Origin: Eledone cirrhosa
Lineage: Eukaryota
Reading direction: 5' to 3'
Assembly (NCBI GenBank): GCA_964016885.1
Contig: OZ024756.1
Span: 22,878,001 to 22,942,000, forward strand
DNA: 64,000 nucleotides
In this document: piece after piece, positions 27,741 through 40,240 of the stretch
Layout of the letters: each line of letters opens with the position of its first letter
How positions within the stretch are numbered: the stretch's first letter is position 1
The notes under the pieces: model-generated
The model's input: the letters and a program-made list of their open reading frames with translations, nothing else
What the model was told of the DNA's origin: nothing
Databases searched by the model: none
Translations under genes and position numbers: made by a program

Positions 27741-29473
27741 TGATGGAGTGTATTATATTTTTACTAGAAAAACTTTTTGTGGTTGATGTTGGCAAGAGTG
27801 TAGTGTAGTGGTTGTTGATTTTGGTGCACGGTAGTGGTGGTGGTCGTGGTATAACAGTGGTGTGGTGGTGCTGGTGTAGTGGTGGTGTGTGATGGTAGTG
27901 TGGATGCGGCATGTGATGGCGGTGGTATTAAAACAGTGGTACTGTGCTCGTTTAGTGGTGTGGCCGTAGTAGTAGTGGTAGTAGTGGTGGTGGTGGTGGT
28001 GATGGTGGTGCGGAGATAGTCGTTGGTGGTGATGGTTGTGGTTGTGGTGATGGTGTGTGTGAGACGGTGATGTTGCTGTTGGTGCAGTGATGTTGTCCTT
28101 GGTGGGGTGTCTATAGTATTAGTGTTGGTAATGGTGGTTTGTGGTTGAAGTGCTGTGCTGGAGTGGTGGTGGTGGTGGTGATGATGATGATTGCGGTGGT
28201 AGCCATCATGTTAATGGCCCTGGTGGTGGTGACGGTGGTGGTTAGGGCGGTGGTATTTTTAATGTGGGTGTTGTGAAGCTGAAAGTAATAGGATTGAACA
28301 CATATGTTATTAAGACTTAATTAATAAGTGATAAGTCTGCGAGATGTACAATTTCTTTAGAATTGGCTGTAGGCGTAGGATATAGATCCATACTTTCGCA
28401 CAGACAGACATACACAGACACACTTTAATATGTATATATACACATATCTTTTGTATCGTACTAACATTGAAAGAAGTGCATTTATGTGTATTTCTTCCAA
28501 GAATTTAGCCAGATAGTTTTTTAATTGAACAGAAACTTTTATCAACTAATGAACAACACATGCCTTTGGCCAAAAATAACATCCGGCGTCTCTCAGGAGT
28601 TATAATACTCAAAATGAAAGGTAATTTTATGATATAAACCAATAGAAAAAAAAACGTAATTTGAAATCATTAATGAAAATGAAACAATGAATAAACGCCC
28701 TCCACCGAATAACATACAGATACCAGTACGAATATATACACAAACAGATATCTAATCACGAACGATGACAGAATAAAAAATGGAGAATAAAAAAGCCAGC
28801 GATATTCATAGAGTATTGTATCTTTGCGTGCATTTTTATATGTCAGCCACATTGAGAAATACACACACACTAGACTGACACTTGCACACGAGTGGGACTC
28901 AGTTGCGATTCAAAGGCTAGCTATACATAGACAAAAGGTTCACTCCAGAGAATTAACTCTCGGCTACGGAATTGTTATATAAGCAACCGCCTGCCAAGAG
29001 ACAAGTTCATAACCTACAAACGCGCCCAGACCGACATAAAAATAATCACTGTGCTGACACCAAAAGAATGCTACAATCATATTTGAAACCAAAGACCTTG
29101 AGATGGACAGAAAGATATTTCAGATGCCTCAAATTAGAAAAGAAAGTTAAGAATAACAGCAAAGAAGCCAACAGGATTTGAAATATTGACCGTGAAAATT
29201 TCTGCGTAAATTGTAGTTCTAATACCGCCATTGTACTGTTGTCAGATATGACCTTCTTACATCGAAAGGTTGGTAATAATTAGGTGTCAAGGGAGGTGTA
29301 ACAAGGCAAAACAATGGATCCTTCTGACAGGTAGGTAAACGACTTGGTTTAAACGTGGGCTCCACTATTTCAATATATACACATATACGCTAAATACATA
29401 TCCATGTAATACGAATACATACTTGCATACATGGTTGTACGTATTTATATATATGTGTGTGTGTGTATCTATG

Positions 29474-29504
<31 letters not shown>

Positions 29505-29524
29505 CTATGTATATATGTGTATAA

Positions 29525-29580
<56 letters not shown>

Positions 29581-29814
29581 CTTCGCGTGTAATTGTTTTC
29601 ACTGATCCAAATAATGACGTATTATCTTCGTTTTTTCCGTTCTTTGCCAGAGAACGTTTCCACGAACCAAGTATCGTCTTCCTGTCTTCCTTCCGTTGCA
29701 ACGTTTTTTGAAATATTTACTTCTGCGTTCACAGATTGACTTTTTTTAGTTTCAGAAGATCCCGTTAAGTGTGAAAGCAGCGATTCTTTGCTTAAACTTT
29801 AATCTGTTATTTTT

Positions 29815-30101
<287 letters not shown>

Positions 30102-30293
30102 ACTAGGAATTGATCAACATATTAGTTATTAAAATGCTCGTACTTACAAAGTCCTAGAGCTTATTTTCCGGGCGATATGGCGCATTCCGTTAAGGATTGA
30201 CACCCATAATTTCGATTCTGATTGAATTCTTTTAATCTATCTTAATTTTGGATATAGATATATATATATATGTATATATGTGTGTCTGTGTCT

Positions 30294-30462
30294 ATCCCTA
30301 CATGGACACACTAGAAGAGGAAGACCAAGGTTAACATATGTTGATGCCCTAAGGACAGACACTGGTCTGTTGGAGATGCAGGATATGGCAGCGATAATGA
30401 GGGACAGAGACCGCTCGAGAGAATTCGTCCATGGATCTCGGGAATGTTACCCGCCTTAGATA
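30294..30462 (+). mobile_element. Short, deleted 3' fragment of the same RTE LINE
   Basis: CCCTACATGGACACACTAGAAGAGGAAGACCAAGG...TACCCGCCTTAGATA matches the reverse complement of 16392-16556. Confidence 0.9.
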
Positions 30463-30463
30463 A

Positions 30464-30557
<94 letters not shown>

Positions 30558-30569
30558 ATATATATATGC

Positions 30570-30603
<34 letters not shown>

Positions 30604-30608
30604 CTATC

Positions 30609-30645
<37 letters not shown>

Positions 30646-30732
30646 ATATATATATGCATATATATATATATATGCATATATATATATATATATGCATATA
30701 TATATATATATATGCATATATATATATATATA

Positions 30733-31193
<461 letters not shown>

Positions 31194-31226
31194 TATATAT
31201 ATTTTTATATATATATATATATATAT

Positions 31227-31406
31227 ATAACGAAGGAAATGTGGTAAGGAACCAGGTGGACCATAACGCACCAAAGTACTCAATACTTGGGGTAGTAGAG
31301 TGGGTAATAGGAACCAGTAAGACCCCGACGGCTGAGCTCAAGCCGTTTCGACGGCTAAATTAGCCGTCGTAACGGCTTGAGCTCAGCCGTCGGGGTCTTA
31401 CTGGTT

Positions 31407-31410
<4 letters not shown>
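31227..31410 (-). mobile_element. PLE-like family A, inverted pair
   Basis: Arms meet at GGCTAAATTAGCC (~31358). Confidence 0.7.
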
Positions 31411-31465
<55 letters not shown>

Positions 31466-32771
31466 GCGTGTGTGTATGTGTATATGTGTATATGTGTATA
31501 TGTGTATATGTGTGTGTGTGTTTATGTCTGTATGTCACTTTCTCTCTTTCACACATACAAATATTCGTAGTAGGTTGTGTCTTTACAAAACAGATAAAAG
31601 AGAACGACCCAAGAGCTTTCAATATTTCTTATGACTTCTTATAGTCATTTATAGTATATACAAACTTGGGTAGAAGTACACTGGTGTGCTTTAGTTTCTA
31701 TAAAAGTGCAGCGGTTCGTAACAGGAATGAATGGAGCCTCTATACGACGTTAGAATGGAGATCTCTTTCAGTTATGCTTCAATGTCTTTAGAAAACACAT
31801 TTTTTTAGTCGTTACGAAACCTAGACACTGTGGTTAAAGAATAATTTTGTCTCTAAAGCAATGTAGTGATTCTATTAATTTATTCTTTCATATAACAAGC
31901 CTTTCAGCTGCTCGATCGTAAGATTCCAAGGTTGCTTTCTCATCAGTTGGCAAAAAATGTTTTTAAAGCAGTCAGTGAAATTACTAACCTTGTCACATAT
32001 TGACTTTCGCTGAATCTCTTTAAGAAATACTTAACGAGGATACATGTCTATGAAATGCTTAAACACTTGGAAGTTATATCGAAAGCAGGCTGTTCCTTTG
32101 GTCATGCGCGTGTGTGTGTGTGTGTGTTCGCGCGCGCATGTTAAGTTTTGACCACAGTGATAGACTAATATCTTAAGATCGTCGTCATCATAATTATTAT
32201 TCATAAATTTTATTTGCAAACTTAAGGGCGGACATTTTGCGTTAATTGTAATTCTACTCATCTACTTTAAACCGTTTGTTCCCCTTGAAGCGACAATATA
32301 TATCATTCTCCATCTTGGTTTTACAAAATGGAGGATGATGCAGATGGAAATAGGTATCGAGATATTATTAGCGGTATTGTTGTGTACCATATCTTCTGTC
32401 TTTGGGCTTGATTTCAGCTTCTTTTTAAAGATTAGCTGTAACATCCTACATTTTGATGTTTGGTTTTGGACTTTAAAGAAAGAGATATAAGATAAACCCG
32501 CCTTTCGGCTAGAAGTGTCTCTATATCTATAATATAACAACAGCTTCAGTATCAAAATTCAGAAGTTTTCATATTCCTTTTAATGTCTTTAGCTTATTAA
32601 CTCTACCTCAACCAATGGCTCATTAACCTTCACCGTGCATACGACTCATTTTATCATTACACTCCCAACATGCGTCTGATAGAAAAACCTTTTAGTTGTA
32701 TATATTTTCTCTATCTGCTGTCTGCGTTTCAATCCCACCGAGGTTAATTTGGGGGTATTGTTGAGTAAAAA

Positions 32772-32952
32772 CCGTATTTCCCGGCGTCGAAGTTACTAAC
32801 CTTTTCCTAAAATACGTCTAAAAATTCTACCATGCGACCTGGGCCGAGGTTGTATATTATTATTATTTTTTTTTTTTTTCAAATTTTTGGTTGTCAAAAT
32901 TAGGATGCGTCCCCGAGGACGAAGCGTCTTCGGCGCCGGGAAGGAAATACGG
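32772..32952. mobile_element. Tigger/pogo-type MITE
   Basis: CCGTATTTCCCGGCGTCGAAG ... CTTCGGCGCCGGGAAGGAAATACGG inverted ends; TA on the right. Confidence 0.7.
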
Positions 32953-33285
32953 TAATTATCAATCGAGATTCAGGAGTTGCTGGAAATATTCGAATATCTA
33001 TTGTGGCTCTTTGTGTTCTCAGACCAAGAATTCCAATAGCAATATGTAAATATTGTAACAACCGCTGACTTTCACTTGGATACCAAAATTACCGTGTATA
33101 GTGGAGAACTACATGCACCAACAGATAATTTTCACCATATATATTACTCATGAGTGCGCCACTTGAAACAACTATACTGAAGGACATATAAGAATAGTAT
33201 AGAACCCATTCAGAAAGATGCTTACACAGAGTCATTAAGGAAGACACATGGATATACAATCGGCAAACGATCTTTTCTTTACTTT

Positions 33286-33329
<44 letters not shown>

Positions 33330-33355
33330 TGTGTGTGTGTATGTGTGTTTGTGTT

Positions 33356-33399
<44 letters not shown>

Positions 33400-33407
<8 letters not shown>

Positions 33408-33662
33408 TGAAAAAATAATGAATAAAACAATGAAACAGTTCCTTATATTAAACAAAAAAAGGTTCATTATTTGTTTAATATAAGGAACTGTTTCATTGTT
33501 TTATTCAGTATTTTTTCAATATTTTATCTTGACTCTGTATTCCGTTTATCTTTCACCGAAAGTGATTTTTCATTGCATCTCTTCTTTCCATGATATCCGG
33601 ATTACATTGAGTTCTTCATACGGATTGGACACTACCGTAAACTCTTGGTAGATTTATCTACA
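33400..33662 (+). mobile_element. PLE-like family D: ~56-bp fold-back plus tail
   Basis: Inverted arms 33400-33455 and 33470-33527; tail homologous to 51240-51422. Confidence 0.6.
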
Positions 33663-33764
33663 TATATATATATATATATATGGATTTCAGTAATTCTGAA
33701 CCAATTTGTACTTCTATGCGTCAGCAAAAGCTTCATATTGTATATTATATTTCTTATCTGGCAA

Positions 33765-33962
33765 GGGTGGTGGATTGGCAGTATCGGTAGAGTAGAGAGT
33801 CGGACACCATGCTTTGAAGCATAGAGTTACGTCCCGTTATGATCTGAGTTCAAATCCCGCCGAGGTTAACTTTGCCTTTCATCCTTACGGGGTCGATAAA
33901 ATAAAGTACCAAGTAATGTACTGGGTAATTGATGGCCTTGTGCCTAAAGTAGAAACAATTAT
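33765..33962 (+). mobile_element. S1 SINE
   Basis: Full head, core and tail. Confidence 0.85.
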
Positions 33963-34131
33963 ATTTCTTATGTGGTGAGTATATGAAGATCTTCATTAAA
34001 AATGCATCACAAAATAACGCTCCCTGCATATTCCGTACCCGGGCTATACTGCTCACCACTGACAATGTGTGAGACAATACTTAATATATATATATTTATA
34101 TATAATCTCATATATATATATATAAATATAT

Positions 34132-34430
34132 ATACGATATTAAATAAATGGAAACTATATTTATAAAACCATATTTATTTCATTATATATATTTCAGGGA
34201 TAACATATTAAAATACAATATAAACAGTCTTATAAATAGATAGATTTGACATACCTTACTTCTTCAACTTTATATTGTATTTTGTCTGATGAAGGCATAT
34301 ATAATGAAATAAATATAGTTTCCATTTATTTAATATCGTAAATATACTCCAAATACTTGTTGAGTGCTTTTATATCAGTTATAAATATTTACTCGTTGTA
34401 ACCCAACAATTTAAATAAAACTTTGCATAT
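34132..34430 (+). mobile_element. PLE-like family E with inverted head and half hammerhead
   Basis: TACGATATTAAATAAATGGAAACTATATTTAT is inverted at ~34310-34340; CTGATGAAGGC at 34287; ACTC/GAGTGCTT tail. Confidence 0.55.
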
Positions 34431-34787
34431 AAATATATATATATATTTATATATATATATATTTATATATATATATATTTATATATATATATATTTATAT
34501 ATATATATAACATATATATACATATATATATAAAATGTTATATATATATATTAACATATACATATATATATATATATGTGTATGTGTGTATGTGTGTGTG
34601 TGTGTGTAACATTTTATATATTTATATTAACATATATATATATATAGTAAAATATTTTGCATATATATGAATATACATCTAGTGTGTGTATATGTGTGTG
34701 TGTGTCCCCGCATAAATCATTGTTATTATAAAGAAAAGAAATCATTATATATATATATAAACGTTCAACAATCTGGCAGGAAGGTAT

Positions 34788-34830
34788 ACGTTGCTGACGA
34801 TAGCTAATAAGCTTGAAACTAGTACAGCGT
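34788..34830 (+). ncRNA. Compact type I hammerhead ribozyme
   Basis: ACGTTG-CTGACGA-T-AGCT-AATA-AGCT-T-GAAA-CTAG-TA-CAGCGT: 6-bp stem I, palindromic stem III ACTAGT, GUA site. Confidence 0.75.
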
Positions 34831-35546
34831 TCCTTTGTCGGTGTTGAACAAACGAGCAACGATGGTTGCTAGACACTACGGCTTAATACGGGATGTTTGT
34901 TTACAAACACACCGAGCATTATAATAAATGTTCGGTGAATCCATACGTACATATATATATGTGTGCATGTATGTATATATATATACATACTACTGTACGT
35001 CTGTATACATATATGTATGCACATGTACATACTTATATTTAAGTAACAGCCGTACTAAGAGTGGGAAATGAAATTTCGTTTCATTTTTTCCGTTTATATA
35101 TATATATATATATATATATTATAAAGCGACGGAGACAAATCTCTAAATGTGAGGCTAGATGACAAAATAACATACACCCATGTATGTATCGCCTATTATA
35201 GCCTCGTGTAAATATTAGAAACACATATTAGAAACTTGTTGAAAGGAAGAAAGGAGTGATTATATATTCGTAAGTAATATAAAAGATTTCGTTTAAACAT
35301 TATCTCCTAATTCTAGATAACAAACACAAATAGACTATAATTTGCCACACATCCGTAAAATCATATAGAGCGTAGAAGTTAAAAGAAATATATACTTTTT
35401 TAAATGTCTTGTTTTTGCTTACTGGTTGACAATATCAACGTTGAATGAGAAGCGTAGGGAATAAATAAGACAGAAAATTAAACCTTTATACTTGATATTC
35501 TCAGTTTACACACACACAAACACACACATATATATTAATATATATA

Positions 35547-35742
35547 TAGGAAAATGTTTAACTCCGACGGCAGAACTCAAGCCGTTTCGACGGCTACTTC
35601 TGGACTGTCCAGAAGTAGCCGTCGAAACGGCTTGAGTTCTGCCGTCGGGGTTAAACACTTTCATGTTACCCACTCTACTACCCTAAGTATCGAGTACTCT
35701 GGTGCGTTATGGTCCATTCCTTACCACACTTCCTTCGTTAAA
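35547..35742 (+). mobile_element. PLE-like family A, inverted pair
   Basis: Arms meet at TCTGGAC-T-GTCCAGA. Confidence 0.7.
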
Positions 35743-35881
35743 TATATATAAGAATTAAATGGCACAAGATGCTGTGTGGTTACTAATAAAGAGTGTTTAT
35801 GAATGTAATGCAAACACAAACATTAGACAATTACCCTCTTCAGTTGTCTGCTGTGGGTCTCGGAAGTTTCTACGCATTAAT

Positions 35882-35929
<48 letters not shown>

Positions 35930-35934
<5 letters not shown>

Positions 35935-36122
35935 GGAGGTGAGTTTTATTGTAGTACAATAAAGCAATGCAGATATCGGATAAGAAGCACTCTACAGTTT
36001 GTGGGACTGGAGTATGCATAATATAAGATCAAAAGATGGTTAAAGGAGTGGAACTCCTTTAACCATATATATGGAACTCCTTTAACCAAATATATGGAAC
36101 TCCTTTAACCATCTTTTGATCT

Positions 36123-36131
<9 letters not shown>
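35930..36131 (-). mobile_element. PLE-like family F, inverted pair with internal triplication
   Basis: Same termini as 13616-13830; GGAACTCCTTTAACCA present three times. Confidence 0.7.
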
Positions 36132-36176
<45 letters not shown>

Positions 36177-36351
36177 GTGTGGGTGTGTGTGTTCATATAT
36201 AGGAGGAATTTGTAGTTTGCTTGTTTAGTCGTCCATTTCGTGTGTGTGTTCATATATAGGAGGAATTTGTAGTTTACTTGTTTAGCCGTCCATTTCGCAT
36301 TATCGTGGCTTTCAAACTTCGAATACTTTATATATATATATATATGTGTGT

Positions 36352-36565
36352 GTAAAAAGTAAACAGAAATAACAACACAATCGGTACAGTATATAGAAGG
36401 AATATATTAGCTTAGCGCTTGAAATAGCAGGAAGAGGGCCTTAATGTTTCGGACGTTAGTTCTTCATCAGAAGAAAGAATAATAAATAAGATAGATTGAA
36501 GGAGGCGGGTTGGAATTGGAAAAAATGTCTTTAGATAAAAATAACAGGTCTATTCATATAGAAAT
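36352..36565 (-). mobile_element. PLE-like family C with hammerhead core
   Basis: Minus strand CTGATGA-A-GAAC-TAAC-GTCC-GAAAC-ATTA-AGG at 36439-36470. Confidence 0.65.
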
Positions 36566-36639
36566 ATACAGGGCGGTGCCCCAGCATGGCCTCAGCCGGA
36601 TGGCTGAAACAGGTAAAAGAGTAAAAGAGTATATATAAA

Positions 36640-36829
36640 CGAGGGTCGGCTGAAACATTTATGGGCTCTGAAGCATTGGTGAAAGCTTGTATGCAATAAT
36701 TTCAACACTTTAATAATTGCATTAATAATAGCATTGTTTCTTTCCGGGGTTTATTCTGAAAAATAAACCTCAGTTGGTCACTCCTTGAGAGTGTCTTGGT
36801 CAGTCTATGGACTTTTCAGCCGATCCTCC
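36640..36829. mobile_element. Mariner-derived MITE
   Basis: CGAGGGTCGGCTGAAA ... TTTTCAGCCGATCCTCC inverted ends. Confidence 0.7.
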
Positions 36830-36879
36830 TATATATATATAGATTTGTGTAGTTTGTTCCCCTTCTCTCTCTCTGTATA

Positions 36880-37013
<134 letters not shown>

Positions 37014-37345
37014 TGAGCATGGGAAACGGACATAAACGAAGAACGAATACCAGCATTAATCTCCTGTTCAGCCACCACATACAAATAAAATACAATTTCG
37101 TACGTAAGATGCCACTCCACCCCAACACAGGAAATTCTATTTCCTGGTGGTGTCTGTATAGCAGATGTATTCTTGTTTTCGTTTGTAGTTTATATCCGTT
37201 TTCCTATGTGTTGCACAATTGGAAATATTTATTATAATGGTAACTACTTTCCGCTCACATTTGGTTATATATATATATATATATATACATACATATACAT
37301 AAAGTAATAGAGGTGTAATTGGATTGCCTTCACATATGAGAACAC

Positions 37346-37433
37346 ATATCTGAGGAGCTGCCGATTCCAAAGTCAAGAACGAAGATAACTCCGTCGTTCC
37401 TCGAGGTGATCTGCAGCGAAACATATGTAATAT
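37346..37433 (+). ncRNA. Type I hammerhead with extended stem II
   Basis: ATAT-CTGAGGA-GCTGC...GCAGC-GAAA-CATATG-TA-ATAT: canonical core, palindromic stem III, GUA site. Confidence 0.75.
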
Positions 37434-38189
37434 ATAATTAAATATGTATATGATGTAATACTGATTCCCCACTCCCTATTATATATATATATATACATAC
37501 ATATATAAATATAGATAGATAGATAGATAGATATATATATATATAGATATAGATATATAAATATATATATATATTAGTCACACATCCACAAACTTCACCT
37601 CTATAATTGTAGTTTTCTATAAGTACTTTATCCTAGCTGCACATTTACACTCTGCCAAGTTATTGGGTTAAACCTCAAATCTGAAAGTGCTTTTCGTGAC
37701 CTTAAGTTCTCAATTTCATCTAACTCAACATAATTGTGAAGCCCTGCGTGATTTTCTAAATTACAGTTCCATAACTGATAGCCAAAACAAACAAACAAAC
37801 AAACGAAGAAAATATATAGTTAAATCACCTCATTTTTATTTATTAAATTCCAAATTCTTCTTCTACTTCTACATCGTCTATATCCCCCAATTTACTTCTT
37901 TTCCTTTTTCCTACATCTTTTTTTTTCTTCTGTTTTAATCTACAGTTACATTTTTACACTTTTTCTTTGTTCGTCTTCTTTTTTCTACTTTTACACTTCT
38001 CCTTCGTACCAACCGACATTCTCATCAATCTCCCGACTGTTAAAAAATCACTTGAACCAAACTTAATTAGTACACACAAGTTCCATTTAATACTTCTATT
38101 TCTGTACTAATTCTGCTTCTTTTCTAATCCTTCCATCATCTTTTACATACAATTAGCTATATTAAATATTGAAGACAATATAACACGTA

Positions 38190-38930
38190 CTAATAATGTT
38201 TCTACTTTTGGCACAAGGCCAGCAATTATCCCAGTGCATTACTGGTACTTTATTTTATCGACTCCGTAAGGATGAAAGGCAAAGTTAACCTCGGCGGGAT
38301 TTGAACTCAGAACGTAAAAGGGTGTAACTCTAGGCTGCAAAGCATGGCATCCAACCCTCTACCGATACTGCCAATCCAATAATCTAATTGTTTCTGCTTT
38401 TAGCACAAGGCCAGCAGTTACCTCAGTGCATTACTGGGGCTTTATTTTATCGACTCCGTAAGGATGAAAATCAAAGTTAACCTGGGCGGGATTTGAACTC
38501 AGAACGTAAAGGGCAGTAACTCTATGCTGCAAAACATTGTTCGGCGCTCTATTAATACTGCCTATCCACCATCCAAGTATGAAAGGCAAAGTTAATCTCG
38601 GTGGTTTTGAACTCAGAACGTAAAGGGCCATAACTATGCTGCAAAGCATGGTGTCTGACGCTCTACCGATACTGCCAAACCAGCACCCTAACCACTATAA
38701 CCCGTAATAAAAAAAATAATGATTTCTACTTTAGGCACAAGGCCAGCAATTTGGGGCATGGGAATGTCGATTAAAACGACCCAGTGCATTACTGGTACTT
38801 TATTTTATCGACACCGTAAGATTGAATGGCATAGCAAACCTCGGCGGGAATTGAACTCAGAATGTAAAGGGCCGTAACTCTATATTTCGAAACGTTGTCC
38901 GACGCTCTATCAATACTGCCAATCCACAGC
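38190..38930 (-). mobile_element. Array of four S1 SINE copies
   Basis: Four GATTTGAACTCAG-type B boxes in the same orientation. Confidence 0.85.
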
Positions 38931-39349
38931 CCTTTACGCCATAGAGTTATGGCCCTTTTCGTTCGAAAGTCAACTTTTTAGAAATAAAGCGGTGAGTAAG
39001 ATCGGGTGAAGGAAAAGAATGAGAAGAAATCGAAGCAGAAGGAGGCGTCGAAAGAGGAAGCGAAGAAGGAGAAAAATGTTTTTTTAATCAGGCGTGCATG
39101 ATTTTACTAGTACTCTCATAATCATCGAAGTCCACTGAAAATCAATAGAACTCTCGTAACTCCAGCAGTCGTTTTATTCTGACGATAAGACTGTGAAAGT
39201 CACGAAAAATTAATAGATTTATAGATGCTGGAATGTGTGTAAATATGTAAATTTAGTCTTTGTTTTATATGAATATCATATTAGAGTATATTCCCTGTAC
39301 ATAGAATGTTAAGTTATACTAGTATTGGTAGTTGTATAAAGTCTTCATA

Positions 39350-39665
39350 TAATTGTTTCTACTATTGGCACAAGGCCAGCAATTACCCAGTGCATTACTG
39401 GTACTTTATTTTATCGACCCCGTAAGGATGAAAGGCAAAGTTAACCTCGGCGGGATTTGAACTCAGATAATTGTTTCTACTTTTGGCACAAGGCCAGCAA
39501 TTACCCAGTGTATTACTGGTACTTTATTTTATCGACCCCATAAGGATGAAAGGCAAAGTTAACCTCTCATCCTTATGGGGTCGATTTGAACTCAGATAAT
39601 AAAGGCCCGTAACTCTATGCTGCAAAGTATGGCGTCCGACACTCTACCGATACTGCCAATCCAAC
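39350..39665 (-). mobile_element. Two tandem S1 SINEs (one partial)
   Basis: Reverse-complement copies; the second has an internal fold-back. Confidence 0.85.
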
Positions 39666-39934
39666 AAGTCTTATATATAATATTAACTGAATAGAAGTAA
39701 AGACACACACATGCAGACCAGGTCCGAACACAGAGGAGCCAAACTCTCACTGTTATCGCTTCCGTCTCTTACACCCTCCCCATCTCTCACTGCTATGAGT
39801 AAATGGGTTTATAGATTAGGGTACAGTATTCTTCCAAGCATATATAAGGGACTAGTAAGGAAATATGATAAATTCTTTAAAATAAGATCAAGCTTTAGCT
39901 CAGTCATGTTTTTATATACTATATATATGATCCT

Positions 39935-40240
39935 GTGTGAAGGTGATTAAGGAGTTCGACACATGATCTACAGGTCAGGTCGTGAGTTCGACTCTCTCCG
40001 GTGACGAGATGTATCCTTGAGCAAGACATTTTATTTTACATAGCAGCAATTCACTCAGCTGGTAAAATTGAGCCCACCTTTTCACACAGTGAGCCACCCT
40101 GAATTTCCGCACTAACTACATCATCAGTGGCATATCTATGAAAAGCTCAGCCACTTGCACGTTCGTCTTATGAGCAGGTTGTTTTCGCAGATCAATTAAC
40201 CGGAACACTCGTCGTCGCAACCGACGGAACTCCAACGCAA
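39935..40240 (+). mobile_element. Older tRNA-derived SINE (third family)
   Basis: B-box GAGTTCGACTC followed by TCCTTGAGCAAGACATTTT, typical of SINE central domains. Confidence 0.55.

Noticed and set aside
28972-29181. 69-aa basic ORF
   Set aside because: No recognisable motif; possibly a decayed element, not assignable
38975-38997. 10-nt micro-exon TTTTTAG|AAATAAAGCG|GTGAGT
   Set aside because: Frame-shifting length, adjacent to SINE debris, no independent support
39174-39222. Hammerhead-like CTGACGA...GAAA
   Set aside because: Stem II is not flush with the core and stem III is essentially absent; not in a PLE-like context
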